A stretch of DNA of 64,000 nt from a virus (taxonomy: Duplodnaviria > Heunggongvirae > Uroviricota > Caudoviricetes). Under the pieces are notes generated by a model that did no database searches, was not told where the DNA came from, and was given only the letters and a program-made list of their open reading frames with translations. Of this stretch, positions 48,439-55,991 are shown piece after piece (positions within the stretch are counted from its first letter, which is position 1; each line of letters begins with the position of its first letter). The position numbers were made by a program, and so were the translations under genes. The stretch covers positions 1 to 64,000 of the IMG/VR virus record IMGVR_UViG_3300042988_000374. One strand, given 5' to 3'.

Positions 48439-48842
48439 TCATTAAGAGCAGCGTATCAGTTACTGTGGATGACATCAAAGAAAGGGCACTATCATTAGAA
48501 GAGGCGCGTTTGGATGCTATCGCGCAACAATGGGCACGTGATATCGATACGGAGGTACTCATGTCAGTAATGGGTTGGAATTCAATCAAGGTAAGCGAAG
48601 GTCGTGTATATGGTGCTCGTTACCATACAGCGGAGCCGGCTATCGATGGCTACGGTCTGACTACAGGTTTTGTCAGTGGTGACTGGAATGATATGCTAGC
48701 GTGGTGTGTTGATACATTTGGCGCATCCGCGTCTGTATGGGAAGCTACACCAGTTGTTAATGAACGCTGGTATGCCAACAACAGTAAATTCTGGTTTAGA
48801 CACGAAGCTGATTTAACGTTATTTTTATTACGGTGGTCTTAA
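48435..48842 (+). CDS. array paralog 20
   Basis: AWCVDTFGASAS; ends LTLFLLRWS. Confidence 0.6.
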   Translation: MIIKSSVSVTVDDIKERALSLEEARLDAIAQQWARDIDTEVLMSVMGWNSIKVSEGRVYGARYHTAEPAIDGYGLTTGFVSGDWNDMLAWCVDTFGASASVWEATPVVNERWYANNSKFWFRHEADLTLFLLRWS

Positions 48843-49075
48843 TGGCACGTAAAGTGTTTGCTACAGATAAACGCGGCTACTCATTGTGGGGCGATGATCG
48901 TGATATCATGGTGGCACTAGACTATCATCGTGACGTTCAGGAATGGTGCGAAGCTAATGGCGTAGTGGCTATAGTAAATTGTAGTTTGTTGTCAGCTAAA
49001 GCATTTGGTGTAATCTTATGGCGAATTGATGATGAAGATCAAAGACTTGTTTTTATATTAAGGTGGGGAACGTGA
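48842..49075 (+). CDS. array paralog 21
   Basis: QEWCEANGVVA; ends LVFILRWGT; TAATG. Confidence 0.55.
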   Translation: MARKVFATDKRGYSLWGDDRDIMVALDYHRDVQEWCEANGVVAIVNCSLLSAKAFGVILWRIDDEDQRLVFILRWGT

Positions 49076-49281
49076 TGGATTACAAATACGGGCGCACATG
49101 GCATACGGTAGATGCAGGTGATGGCGCATATCACCGTGAAGTTATTAAATGGTGTAAAGCACAATTTGGTTCGCATCCGCTGGTACCAGACAGTACTTCA
49201 CGCTGGTTCAATAGTATTGCACACACAATTCATTTTAGAGACGAAGAAGATTTAACGTTATTTTTATTGAGGTGGTCATGA
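49075..49281 (+). CDS. array paralog 22
   Basis: RTWHTVD...IKWCKAQFGSH; ends LTLFLLRWS. Confidence 0.6.
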   Translation: MDYKYGRTWHTVDAGDGAYHREVIKWCKAQFGSHPLVPDSTSRWFNSIAHTIHFRDEEDLTLFLLRWS

Positions 49282-49631
49282 GTAATTTAATAGACAGACT
49301 TAATCGAATTTTTACACAGCAGTCTATTGCTGATACCGCATTCAAAGTAAAGATGCCAGTACCTGGTGAAATAGACAGCTATTTTACTCTAGATAATGGC
49401 ATGGTAGGCATGAAAAGTTACTTGATGCCATCAGACCAAAAGGAGAGTGTGACTTATGGTAGTGAGTATCGCGTAGTTGATTGCAAGGCGATTGGCATAG
49501 CACCTTGGGTAGAAGAACAAGATATCACATTATGGAAATATTCGAGTCATGATGGTGAGTGTCATCCAGCATTTGTCAGATTCGTCATGCACGAAAGTCT
49601 AGTAACTTTGATGATGCTACGATGGGCGTAA
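49278..49631 (+). CDS. array paralog 23
   Basis: ends VTLMMLRWA. Confidence 0.5.
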   Translation: MSNLIDRLNRIFTQQSIADTAFKVKMPVPGEIDSYFTLDNGMVGMKSYLMPSDQKESVTYGSEYRVVDCKAIGIAPWVEEQDITLWKYSSHDGECHPAFVRFVMHESLVTLMMLRWA

Positions 49632-49825
49632 GAATCACAAACAAGTTCGCCATCGATGAAGACAACAAACACATCAGTATTCATGGATTGGTAGATCACT
49701 CAGAGTTTGACAAGATTCGCACATGGTGTTACAATCAAGGAGAATCGTTTACGTGTTATTTGACTGCTGGTATTGGCTACAGGACAGATGCTGACTTAAC
49801 ACTATTCTTATTGAGGTGGGAATGA
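49622..49825 (+). CDS. array paralog 24
   Basis: TWCYNQGESF; ends LTLFLLRWE. Confidence 0.55.
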   Translation: MGVRITNKFAIDEDNKHISIHGLVDHSEFDKIRTWCYNQGESFTCYLTAGIGYRTDADLTLFLLRWE

Positions 49826-50010
49826 CTCTCATTTATATCGACCATGACCGCTGTAACATGAATGACTTGTCTGACTGGTTGCTGGAGAATGTCGGCGATG
49901 CGTATGACTGGAGCGAGATGCGTTACAACTGGGAATGGGGAGAGTACTATGAATTCATCAAGATCAGAAGCGAAGAACACGCTACTCTGTTCCGTCTACG
50001 ATGGTGTTGA
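49822..50010 (+). CDS. array paralog 25
   Basis: DWLLENVGDAYDW; ends ATLFRLRWC. Confidence 0.55.
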   Translation: MTLIYIDHDRCNMNDLSDWLLENVGDAYDWSEMRYNWEWGEYYEFIKIRSEEHATLFRLRWC

Positions 50011-50035
50011 GTATTACGCAGTTGATACATTCTTC

Positions 50036-50197
50036 ATGCGATGGACTGCTGTTCAACAGATTAAATTGTGGCTAGTGGAGAACTTTGGCGCAAATGGTGG
50101 CGGTCTATGGCGCATGGACGATGATGGCACGTTCATGTTGTTGCTAACAGAAGAGGTACACACATTAACATTATTAAGGTGGGGCAATGAGCTTTAA
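50036..50197 (+). CDS. array paralog 26 (start uncertain)
   Basis: LWLVENFGANGGGLW; ends TLTLLRWGNEL. Confidence 0.45.
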   Translation: MRWTAVQQIKLWLVENFGANGGGLWRMDDDGTFMLLLTEEVHTLTLLRWGNEL

Positions 50198-50402
50198 CAT
50201 TTTTAAGAATTACCGAGCAGAAGAAAACACAGTGAGACGCTTGAAAGAAGAGCCGTTGCTGGAGGAGCGACCTACCATGTGTGCGATTGGTCTGCATGTT
50301 TGGAGACGCTGGAGTGAAGCCTATGACGAGGGTATCTATATCAAACAATATCGCCACTGTGAAGCGTGTGGTAAGATCAACTTTAGACGAGAAATCAAAT
50401 GA
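50187..50402 (+). CDS. array position 27: unrelated zinc-ribbon insert gene
   Basis: C..H...HCEACGK; no family motif. Confidence 0.45.
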   Translation: MSFNIFKNYRAEENTVRRLKEEPLLEERPTMCAIGLHVWRRWSEAYDEGIYIKQYRHCEACGKINFRREIK

Positions 50403-50641
50403 ATCAATACAACTTTACTCGCCGCTGGCACACGGTAAATTACGACTTCGACAATCACGATGCAGTTTACAACTGGTGCACGGAAAACTTCGGCAAACAA
50501 GATAAGAAACCGGATGCTTGGTCTCGCTGGCGCAACTTATACGCTTGCGCTATTCAATTCAGAGACGAAGCTGACTATGTGCTGTTCCTGCTTCGCTGGG
50601 GAGATTCCGAAGCTGAGTACTATGCGAGTTCTGAGTTATGA
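50399..50641 (+). CDS. array paralog 28
   Basis: RRWHTVN...YNWCTENFGKQ; ...YVLFLLRWG plus short tail. Confidence 0.6.
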   Translation: MNQYNFTRRWHTVNYDFDNHDAVYNWCTENFGKQDKKPDAWSRWRNLYACAIQFRDEADYVLFLLRWGDSEAEYYASSEL

Positions 50642-50853
50642 TAGTAGTACCCAATAAACAGTGGTATTGGCAAACTCTGCGCACCATCAACAAGAATCTC
50701 AATTTTGGCAAAACATCAATCAATGACATTGGTGTTCACATTGAAGAGCAATACGGTGTACGATGGGTACTAAACGGCGATGGTTTAATCTCCGATCAAT
50801 ACGAAGTGGTTGATGATGAAAAGCACACCATATTCCTGTTAAAGTACGCATGA
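50638..50853 (+). CDS. array paralog 29 (variant LLKY C-terminus)
   Basis: ends TIFLLKYA; ATGA. Confidence 0.5.
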   Translation: MIVVPNKQWYWQTLRTINKNLNFGKTSINDIGVHIEEQYGVRWVLNGDGLISDQYEVVDDEKHTIFLLKYA

Positions 50854-51068
50854 AATATACCGTTAAGTATTATACCACAAGTGTAGTAGAGACCATGCGC
50901 GTAGTCAATGAATTACGTGGTACACTGAAGCAACACATTGACTTTGAGTTCGCCTGGCACTCAACTAAATGGTGTGACGTATCTTTTGCTGTGATTGACG
51001 AAGGTCACGTGGTATTCAGTTTTGCAACAGAAGAACTGGCAACTTATTTTACGCTCAAATATCTATGA
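50850..51068 (+). CDS. array paralog 30
   Basis: TKWCDVSF; ends TYFTLKYL; ATGA. Confidence 0.5.
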   Translation: MKYTVKYYTTSVVETMRVVNELRGTLKQHIDFEFAWHSTKWCDVSFAVIDEGHVVFSFATEELATYFTLKYL

Positions 51069-51358
51069 ATTTCGCAGTAGCACATGACGCCATATTCGAT
51101 GGCTTACACTTGAAGGAGATCAAGATGGTCCTAAAGGATTTTAAATTCACTGACCTACATAGCGATGTGGTAACATACGTTGATGGTGCACGATGGTACA
51201 CTGTTGCTGGTAATAAGGAAGTGGGCGCATGGCTCAGAAGCGCATTTGCTGATGAAGAAAAGTCACTGTGGTTCAGTCTAGGTCAAGCTAATTCAACCAT
51301 TGAACGTTTTGATGTTCATGAAATGGTGCACACCCAGATCCTGCTCAAATTCACATGA
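51065..51358 (+). CDS. array paralog 31
   Basis: ends TQILLKFT; ATGA. Confidence 0.5.
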   Translation: MNFAVAHDAIFDGLHLKEIKMVLKDFKFTDLHSDVVTYVDGARWYTVAGNKEVGAWLRSAFADEEKSLWFSLGQANSTIERFDVHEMVHTQILLKFT

Positions 51359-51552
51359 AACAACATAAGAGACGTACCAAGACAATCGAATTAGTGAAAT
51401 GGCTCAGAGCTAATGGTGAGCGATTCACTGACTGGGACATATCTGGTGGATACACTAACCTAACTATCACTTTTAAGAATGAAAAGTTAGAGTTAGCATA
51501 CATCATGTTGTGGGATTGGGCGGACCCTGACCCAACCAGCAATCGTACTTGA
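51355..51552 (+). CDS. array paralog 32 (last, variant C-terminus)
   Basis: ends AYIMLWDW...; overlaps convergent minus-strand ORF by ~50 nt. Confidence 0.45.
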   Translation: MKQHKRRTKTIELVKWLRANGERFTDWDISGGYTNLTITFKNEKLELAYIMLWDWADPDPTSNRT

Positions 51553-51685
51553 GCAGCAAATAACTAGTCAGTGGACCGTCTTCGAGTTCAATCTCATATT
51601 GAAAAACATGTGGGAAGCGGCTCAGGAGCATCCGATGCACGGGCCAATGTCTGACACCAGCCGCCTTAATATCACGCATGGCCAT
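51503..51685 (-). CDS. minus-strand member of the same family (..TSYLLLKYD)
   Basis: C-terminal TSYLLLKY resembles the LLKY variant of plus paralogs 29-31. Confidence 0.4.
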   Translation of the reverse strand: MAMRDIKAAGVRHWPVHRMLLSRFPHVFQYEIELEDGPLTSYLLLKYDCWLGQGPPNPTT

Positions 51686-51722
51686 GCGGAATTCGGCTTC
51701 CTTGACGCATATCTTGATGGTA

Positions 51723-52301
51723 TTACTCGTCGTCATCTTCGTCATCACCTTCCATATAGTCATTTTGCAACTTAGACCAGAGAGACTTGTCGTCATAAGC
51801 TCGGTACTGAGTCTCATTTGGCATCAAGATTCTGAACTTGTCACCGTATTTGAGTAGCAGGTAAGTTACCATCTCCGAATCAAGTAAGTCGCATACCGTA
51901 TATGCTGATGAACACGCGCCATGAATTACCTTGAATGGAGAATGACGGACGCCTTCTTCTTTTAAGGTATTACCAAATGATGTACTGTGAAAGATGATTC
52001 GAGAGATGCCTAGTCGCTGATTGCGAAGACGCACTTTGTCGAACAGGGAGAGTTTTGAGATGGTGGCGCAATTGTCATCGTCAATGGTGAGTAAACACTC
52101 TTTGAATTTAATGCTGCCCTTGGTGTGCGAGTTGTCTGGTGTTTCTTTGGTGGACCATGGTATCTCTGCTGAGACATGATTCACGTAAAACGACTCGCCG
52201 TGTGTTTTGATGATCCACATGGGAATTGTTGGGTCTTCAAGATGTTTTTTGTTAAAGTGAAAAACCAAGTCTTTACATGCGTATTCAATCTATTGTGTCA
52301 T
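51723..52301 (-). CDS. hypothetical protein with internal YLLLKYG motif; likely start ATG 52301 with an in-frame TAG at codon 4 (alternative start TTG 52268 or ATG 52220)
   Basis: minus strand reads AAGGAGAttaaaATG ACA CAA TAG ATT GAA ... in frame with the long ORF; contains EMVTYLLLKYGDKF; acidic C-terminal tail. Confidence 0.45.
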
Positions 52302-52332
52302 TTTAATCTCCTTTGTGTTATGACGTTAATTG

Positions 52333-52863
52333 TTAAGGGTCAATTGTAACCACGAACTCTTTGCAATCAGAATCGTTCATTCGCTCAATGAGAACATTGT
52401 GTCCACTGCGATCAGTAAACATATAGCTCTCGCCTTCAGCCAAACGATGTTGATATGCGATGGAACCATCACCACTCCATATGGTAACGTATGGTTTCAA
52501 AATTGTTGGGTTGTTCAAACCAAAATAAACATCTGGTTTTACTCCATGGCATTCGACAATACCTGCGACATCAGTTGCGCCCATCTGTTGGTAGAACAGT
52601 GCCCAGAATGCCATGGAAATTGGATTCGTAATTGTGCGCAGTGAGATTACACTAAACGAACCTGTCTTTGATGGCCAAGGTTGTGTCTTCTTATTGATTG
52701 TGTAGGTGTCTACTTTGTTGATGGCAATTACTGTAGACAACATTAACTTATGGTCTACGGTCATTCCAGGGCCAGCTTTAACTACCACATGCGTATCTTT
52801 GTAGAAGAGATTACGGAGTGGATTAGTCCACTGTAGAATGGCGTGTTTTAGTAGTCTCAGCAT
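52333..52863 (-). CDS. hypothetical protein
   Basis: ATG immediately after the upstream gene's stop (TAATATG). Confidence 0.45.
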   Translation of the reverse strand: MLRLLKHAILQWTNPLRNLFYKDTHVVVKAGPGMTVDHKLMLSTVIAINKVDTYTINKKTQPWPSKTGSFSVISLRTITNPISMAFWALFYQQMGATDVAGIVECHGVKPDVYFGLNNPTILKPYVTIWSGDGSIAYQHRLAEGESYMFTDRSGHNVLIERMNDSDCKEFVVTIDP

Positions 52864-52864
52864 A

Positions 52865-53107
52865 TTACTTCTTCTTCGAAGCTGGTGTGTCCATCTCTGG
52901 TGAAATTCTGGACATTTCTTCTTCAGTTGCGTATCTCGTTGGCACATTAGAGAATGGATGGAAGCTATCTGGTGTAAAGATACTAACCGGCTTCCAATAT
53001 TTGTGGAGCAAATTATTAACTACAACGATAGCACTAATCACCACTAGAAACCCTAGTGCTGTTAATATACTACCTGCCAAAAAAACTGCTGCTTGATCCA
53101 TGTCCAT
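52865..53107 (-). CDS. small membrane protein
   Basis: TM helix LAGSILTALGFLVVISAIVVV. Confidence 0.45.
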   Translation of the reverse strand: MDMDQAAVFLAGSILTALGFLVVISAIVVVNNLLHKYWKPVSIFTPDSFHPFSNVPTRYATEEEMSRISPEMDTPASKKK

Positions 53108-53147
53108 GATTATTCCTTAAATAGTTCGTAGACTATTTAGTATTGTG

Positions 53148-53222
53148 TGGTGCGTGTGGAGAGAATCGAACTCTCATTCAACGTTTTAGAGGCGCTTTCC
53201 TTAACCACTAGGATACACACGC
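53148..53222 (-). tRNA. tRNA with CUA anticodon (amber suppressor-type), CCA encoded
   Basis: minus-strand cloverleaf: acceptor GCGUGUG/CACACGC, D-stem UCCU/AGGA, anticodon loop C-U-CUA-A-A, T-arm GAGAG-UUCGAUU-CUCUC, discriminator A, genomic CCA. Confidence 0.65.
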
Positions 53223-53230
53223 ATGAGACT

Positions 53231-53259
53231 ATTGTATCAGACTCTGATACAATAGTCAA
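53231..53259 (-). promoter_or_regulatory. sigma70 consensus promoter (TTGACT-N17-TACAAT) driving the tRNA; embedded in a 26-bp palindrome
   Basis: minus-strand TTGACT = 53259-53254, TACAAT = 53236-53231; -10 ends 8 nt before the mature tRNA 5' end; plus-strand tattgtatcag-actc-ctgatacaata is an inverted repeat. Confidence 0.65.
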
Positions 53260-53270
53260 CAAGTTTTGGA

Positions 53271-53789
53271 TTAACTGTTAAGTACTTTAGCTACGCTATT
53301 CATCACACTAGCGATGCGACCAATGTCACGTAGTTGTTCCACAGTGTAGCCTTCTTGCTTTAGCGTGTCGTAATGTGCTTTCACACAAAAGTGGCATTTC
53401 CCCACAATAGAGGCTGCTAAACTATAGGCTTCGAAACGAGCCTTTGTAGTGCCGCCATGAGAGGCGATAGCATTCATACGCAGTTGTGCTGGTAAGCCTT
53501 TGAGTTGTTCGTCATCAGCCATTTCAACGTACGGATACCATACGTTGTTCTGGGCCATGATTGAGGCGGCGGTCAGGGCCGCATCTGCTTCCACTCTATT
53601 AGCAAGTTGGCTATGAATCCAGGTCCACAGTTTACTGTTGCCCGTAGCAAATGCCGCCGCTAGAGCGACTGCTTCTGCTTCCTCGACGGGAAGTGTCGAA
53701 CGCTTAATTACTGCGTCAATATTTAATTTTGTGTCTTTAGCATAATCAGGAATACTTTGTTCCTTTAATGCGTCTACCCATTGTGTCAT
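53271..53789 (-). CDS. ahpD: AhpD-family alkylhydroperoxidase core protein
   Basis: CHFCVKAH = CxxCxxxH AhpD active-site motif; RBS AAGGA. Confidence 0.65.
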   Translation of the reverse strand: MTQWVDALKEQSIPDYAKDTKLNIDAVIKRSTLPVEEAEAVALAAAFATGNSKLWTWIHSQLANRVEADAALTAASIMAQNNVWYPYVEMADDEQLKGLPAQLRMNAIASHGGTTKARFEAYSLAASIVGKCHFCVKAHYDTLKQEGYTVEQLRDIGRIASVMNSVAKVLNS

Positions 53790-53799
53790 AATTTTTCCT

Positions 53800-54423
53800 T
53801 TAATATTTTCCACTCGCTAATACGATCTGACATATATGTTCGAGTCTTTCTATATGTTCAAACGCCCGCCATGGTGATGTATCGATAGCAACAACACCGT
53901 GACCTTTTATACCTACAATATCATACCCGATATTACCATAATGGTCTAACTGCAAATTCTCATGGCAACGATCGGCAAGTTCTTGACTAATCGGCGCAAC
54001 ATCTCCCACATTAGGTGCTACCTTAGTATAGCGACTAAGTTCCGGAAAGTCGTTGGCAAGACTGCCTAACTCTATACCACGATGCATAGCGGCCACGCAA
54101 TATGTAGGGTGTAGATGTACTACTACTCGGACATCATTACTGTGCTGACCCATGTTCTTCTGTAAACCAAAATGAAGTGGAATCTCTCCGCTAGGCTTTA
54201 GATTTGAGCTAATGTCGGTGTATGGTTCCTCGCCCCACATCAGACTACTAATAACCCTAATCTTTTTGAACTGATCAGGTTGCATTGTTTGCTTACGGAC
54301 GCCACTGGGTGTGATATAAAAGTGATCACGGTCGTGATGACGAATTGAAACATTGCCATCACGACTGGTAATCCAGTTGCGTCTATATGCTTCAACAAGC
54401 GTGTCGCATATAGTTTCTAACAT
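53800..54423 (-). CDS. class II aldolase/adducin-family protein
   Basis: GNVSIRHHDRDHFYITPSG matches the class II aldolase N-terminal motif; HLHP metal site. Confidence 0.65.
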   Translation of the reverse strand: MLETICDTLVEAYRRNWITSRDGNVSIRHHDRDHFYITPSGVRKQTMQPDQFKKIRVISSLMWGEEPYTDISSNLKPSGEIPLHFGLQKNMGQHSNDVRVVVHLHPTYCVAAMHRGIELGSLANDFPELSRYTKVAPNVGDVAPISQELADRCHENLQLDHYGNIGYDIVGIKGHGVVAIDTSPWRAFEHIERLEHICQIVLASGKY

Positions 54424-55274
54424 TTATTTTTTCCTCTTTCTTTATATAAATTTTCTATCGTTCTTCTTGAATAACCATTTCTAATGGCCTCCGACATACT
54501 TCTATAAGTGACACCAAATACCTCGATTGATTTAGAATTTGCTGTTGCTTTTTTATAGTTTGGATTTTTACTTCCGAGTTTAGCATTGGATTTATTAATA
54601 CTCAGTTGTTCGGATTTACCAAGTTTCCATCCTTCTGGTATAATGTCACCATGTTTTATGGTTGAATTGTTTACGCCGTCGGTAATAAATTGGCGTTGAT
54701 ACATACCGTTTTGTTGTCCGACATTCGCAATTCTATTTTTCTCGATCAACCAATCAGGCTGCCCATGCCACCAGCCTTCTGGCATTACCTCATCTCTTTT
54801 CAATGATCTGATCGCTAATCCATCGGTGATGTAGACTTTACCTTTATTTTTTTCTAATTTATTTTCAAGGGTTTTCTGACAAAAGCCTGGCCACCAGCCT
54901 TCTGGAATTTCCTGACCTTTGAAGCATACTTTATCAATTATTCCGTTAGTGATAGGAATTTTTCCAGTGTGTAATTTTCTTAGATAATCACGAGCGGCGT
55001 TTTTAGTCGTGGTATAGTTATACTTGTTCATAAGCATACTAGCAAAAGACATTTTTCCTTTGTTTACGCCAGTGGTCATATGAACAAGTAATTTATGACA
55101 AAAACGGTGCTCGTCGTAAGTAAGATTCACTAGATTGGTTGGATCATCGCTACCTCCCATAGACCTAGGCACTATATGATGACTTTCAATATACTCATCT
55201 TCTGGTAGAGTCCTATTTTGAGCGGACTCTATTAGTTTATAGTATATTTTAGCGTAACGATTATCCAAAAACAT
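54417..55274 (-). CDS. HNH homing endonuclease with PEGW repeat modules
   Basis: HHIVPRSMGGSDDPTNLVNLTYDEHRFCH; repeats IPEGWWPG / MPEGWWHG / IPEGWKLG; inserted between aldolase and ahpC. Confidence 0.7.
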   Translation of the reverse strand: MFLDNRYAKIYYKLIESAQNRTLPEDEYIESHHIVPRSMGGSDDPTNLVNLTYDEHRFCHKLLVHMTTGVNKGKMSFASMLMNKYNYTTTKNAARDYLRKLHTGKIPITNGIIDKVCFKGQEIPEGWWPGFCQKTLENKLEKNKGKVYITDGLAIRSLKRDEVMPEGWWHGQPDWLIEKNRIANVGQQNGMYQRQFITDGVNNSTIKHGDIIPEGWKLGKSEQLSINKSNAKLGSKNPNYKKATANSKSIEVFGVTYRSMSEAIRNGYSRRTIENLYKERGKNKC

Positions 55275-55276
55275 CT

Positions 55277-55822
55277 TTACTTACCTAACGTATCAGCGCC
55301 GATTTGTCTATTGCACTGGCATAACTCTCCGGTTTGCAAACTATCAAGAATACGTAGAGTTTCTTCTGGTGAACGACCGACGTTCAAGTTGTTAACAGTC
55401 ACGTGTTGGATAACGTTGTCAGGGTCAACGATGAATGTTGCACGGAGTGCGGCACCTGCTGGCGCATAAAATACACCAAGTTGTTCAATTAATGACAACT
55501 CACCGCGCTGAGTATCAGCGAACTGAGTGTGTGTTAACTTCTTCAAGTCAGCGTGAGCATTTTGCCACGCGGTCTTACAAAACTCATTATCAGTACTGCC
55601 TGTTAGCAAGATAGCATCTCGATCAGCAAAGTCACCTGCCAATTTGTCATATGCTACAATCTCTGTAGGGCACACGAATGTAAAGTCCTTTGGATAGTAC
55701 ACAATGATCTTCCACTTGCCCTCAAAACTTTGATCTGTGATCGTGTAGTACGCATCTTCTGGTTGACCTGGTTTAACGCCTGTTACTGCGAACGCTGTTA
55801 ATTTATCGCCTACTGTTTTCAT
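55277..55822 (-). CDS. ahpC: peroxiredoxin AhpC (2-Cys Prx)
   Basis: FTFVCPTEI peroxidatic Cys motif; C-terminal resolving Cys; RBS AAGGAGA. Confidence 0.85.
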   Translation of the reverse strand: MKTVGDKLTAFAVTGVKPGQPEDAYYTITDQSFEGKWKIIVYYPKDFTFVCPTEIVAYDKLAGDFADRDAILLTGSTDNEFCKTAWQNAHADLKKLTHTQFADTQRGELSLIEQLGVFYAPAGAALRATFIVDPDNVIQHVTVNNLNVGRSPEETLRILDSLQTGELCQCNRQIGADTLGK

Positions 55823-55881
55823 ATGTTTCTCCTTAGTATTAATGAAATCTATCAATTATATGTTCTCGATGAACATAATGT

Positions 55882-55910
55882 ATTGTAATAGTATTTACAC
55901 TCAGCGTCAA
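55882..55910 (-). promoter_or_regulatory. sigma70 consensus promoter (TTGACG-N17-TACAAT) for the ahpC operon
   Basis: minus-strand TTGACG = 55910-55905, TACAAT = 55887-55882. Confidence 0.6.
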
Positions 55911-55960
55911 CGCAAAAACAGTATTTCCGGCGAATATATTTTAATCGACCCGATAGACAA

Positions 55961-55986
55961 AAACTAAAAAGCACCCGAAGGTGCTT
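55961..55986 (-). terminator. rho-independent terminator for the 55992-56930 gene
   Basis: agcacc-cgaa-ggtgct with T-run on the minus strand (plus aaactaaaaa). Confidence 0.6.
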
Positions 55987-55991
55987 AGTGT

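Noticed and set aside
43530-51552. Regular ~200-300 bp periodicity with a repeated terminal sequence could superficially suggest a CRISPR array or satellite repeat
   Set aside because: The units are full-length ORFs with variable content. The repeated sequence is a protein C-terminus plus RBS, not 25-40 bp direct repeats with unique spacers.
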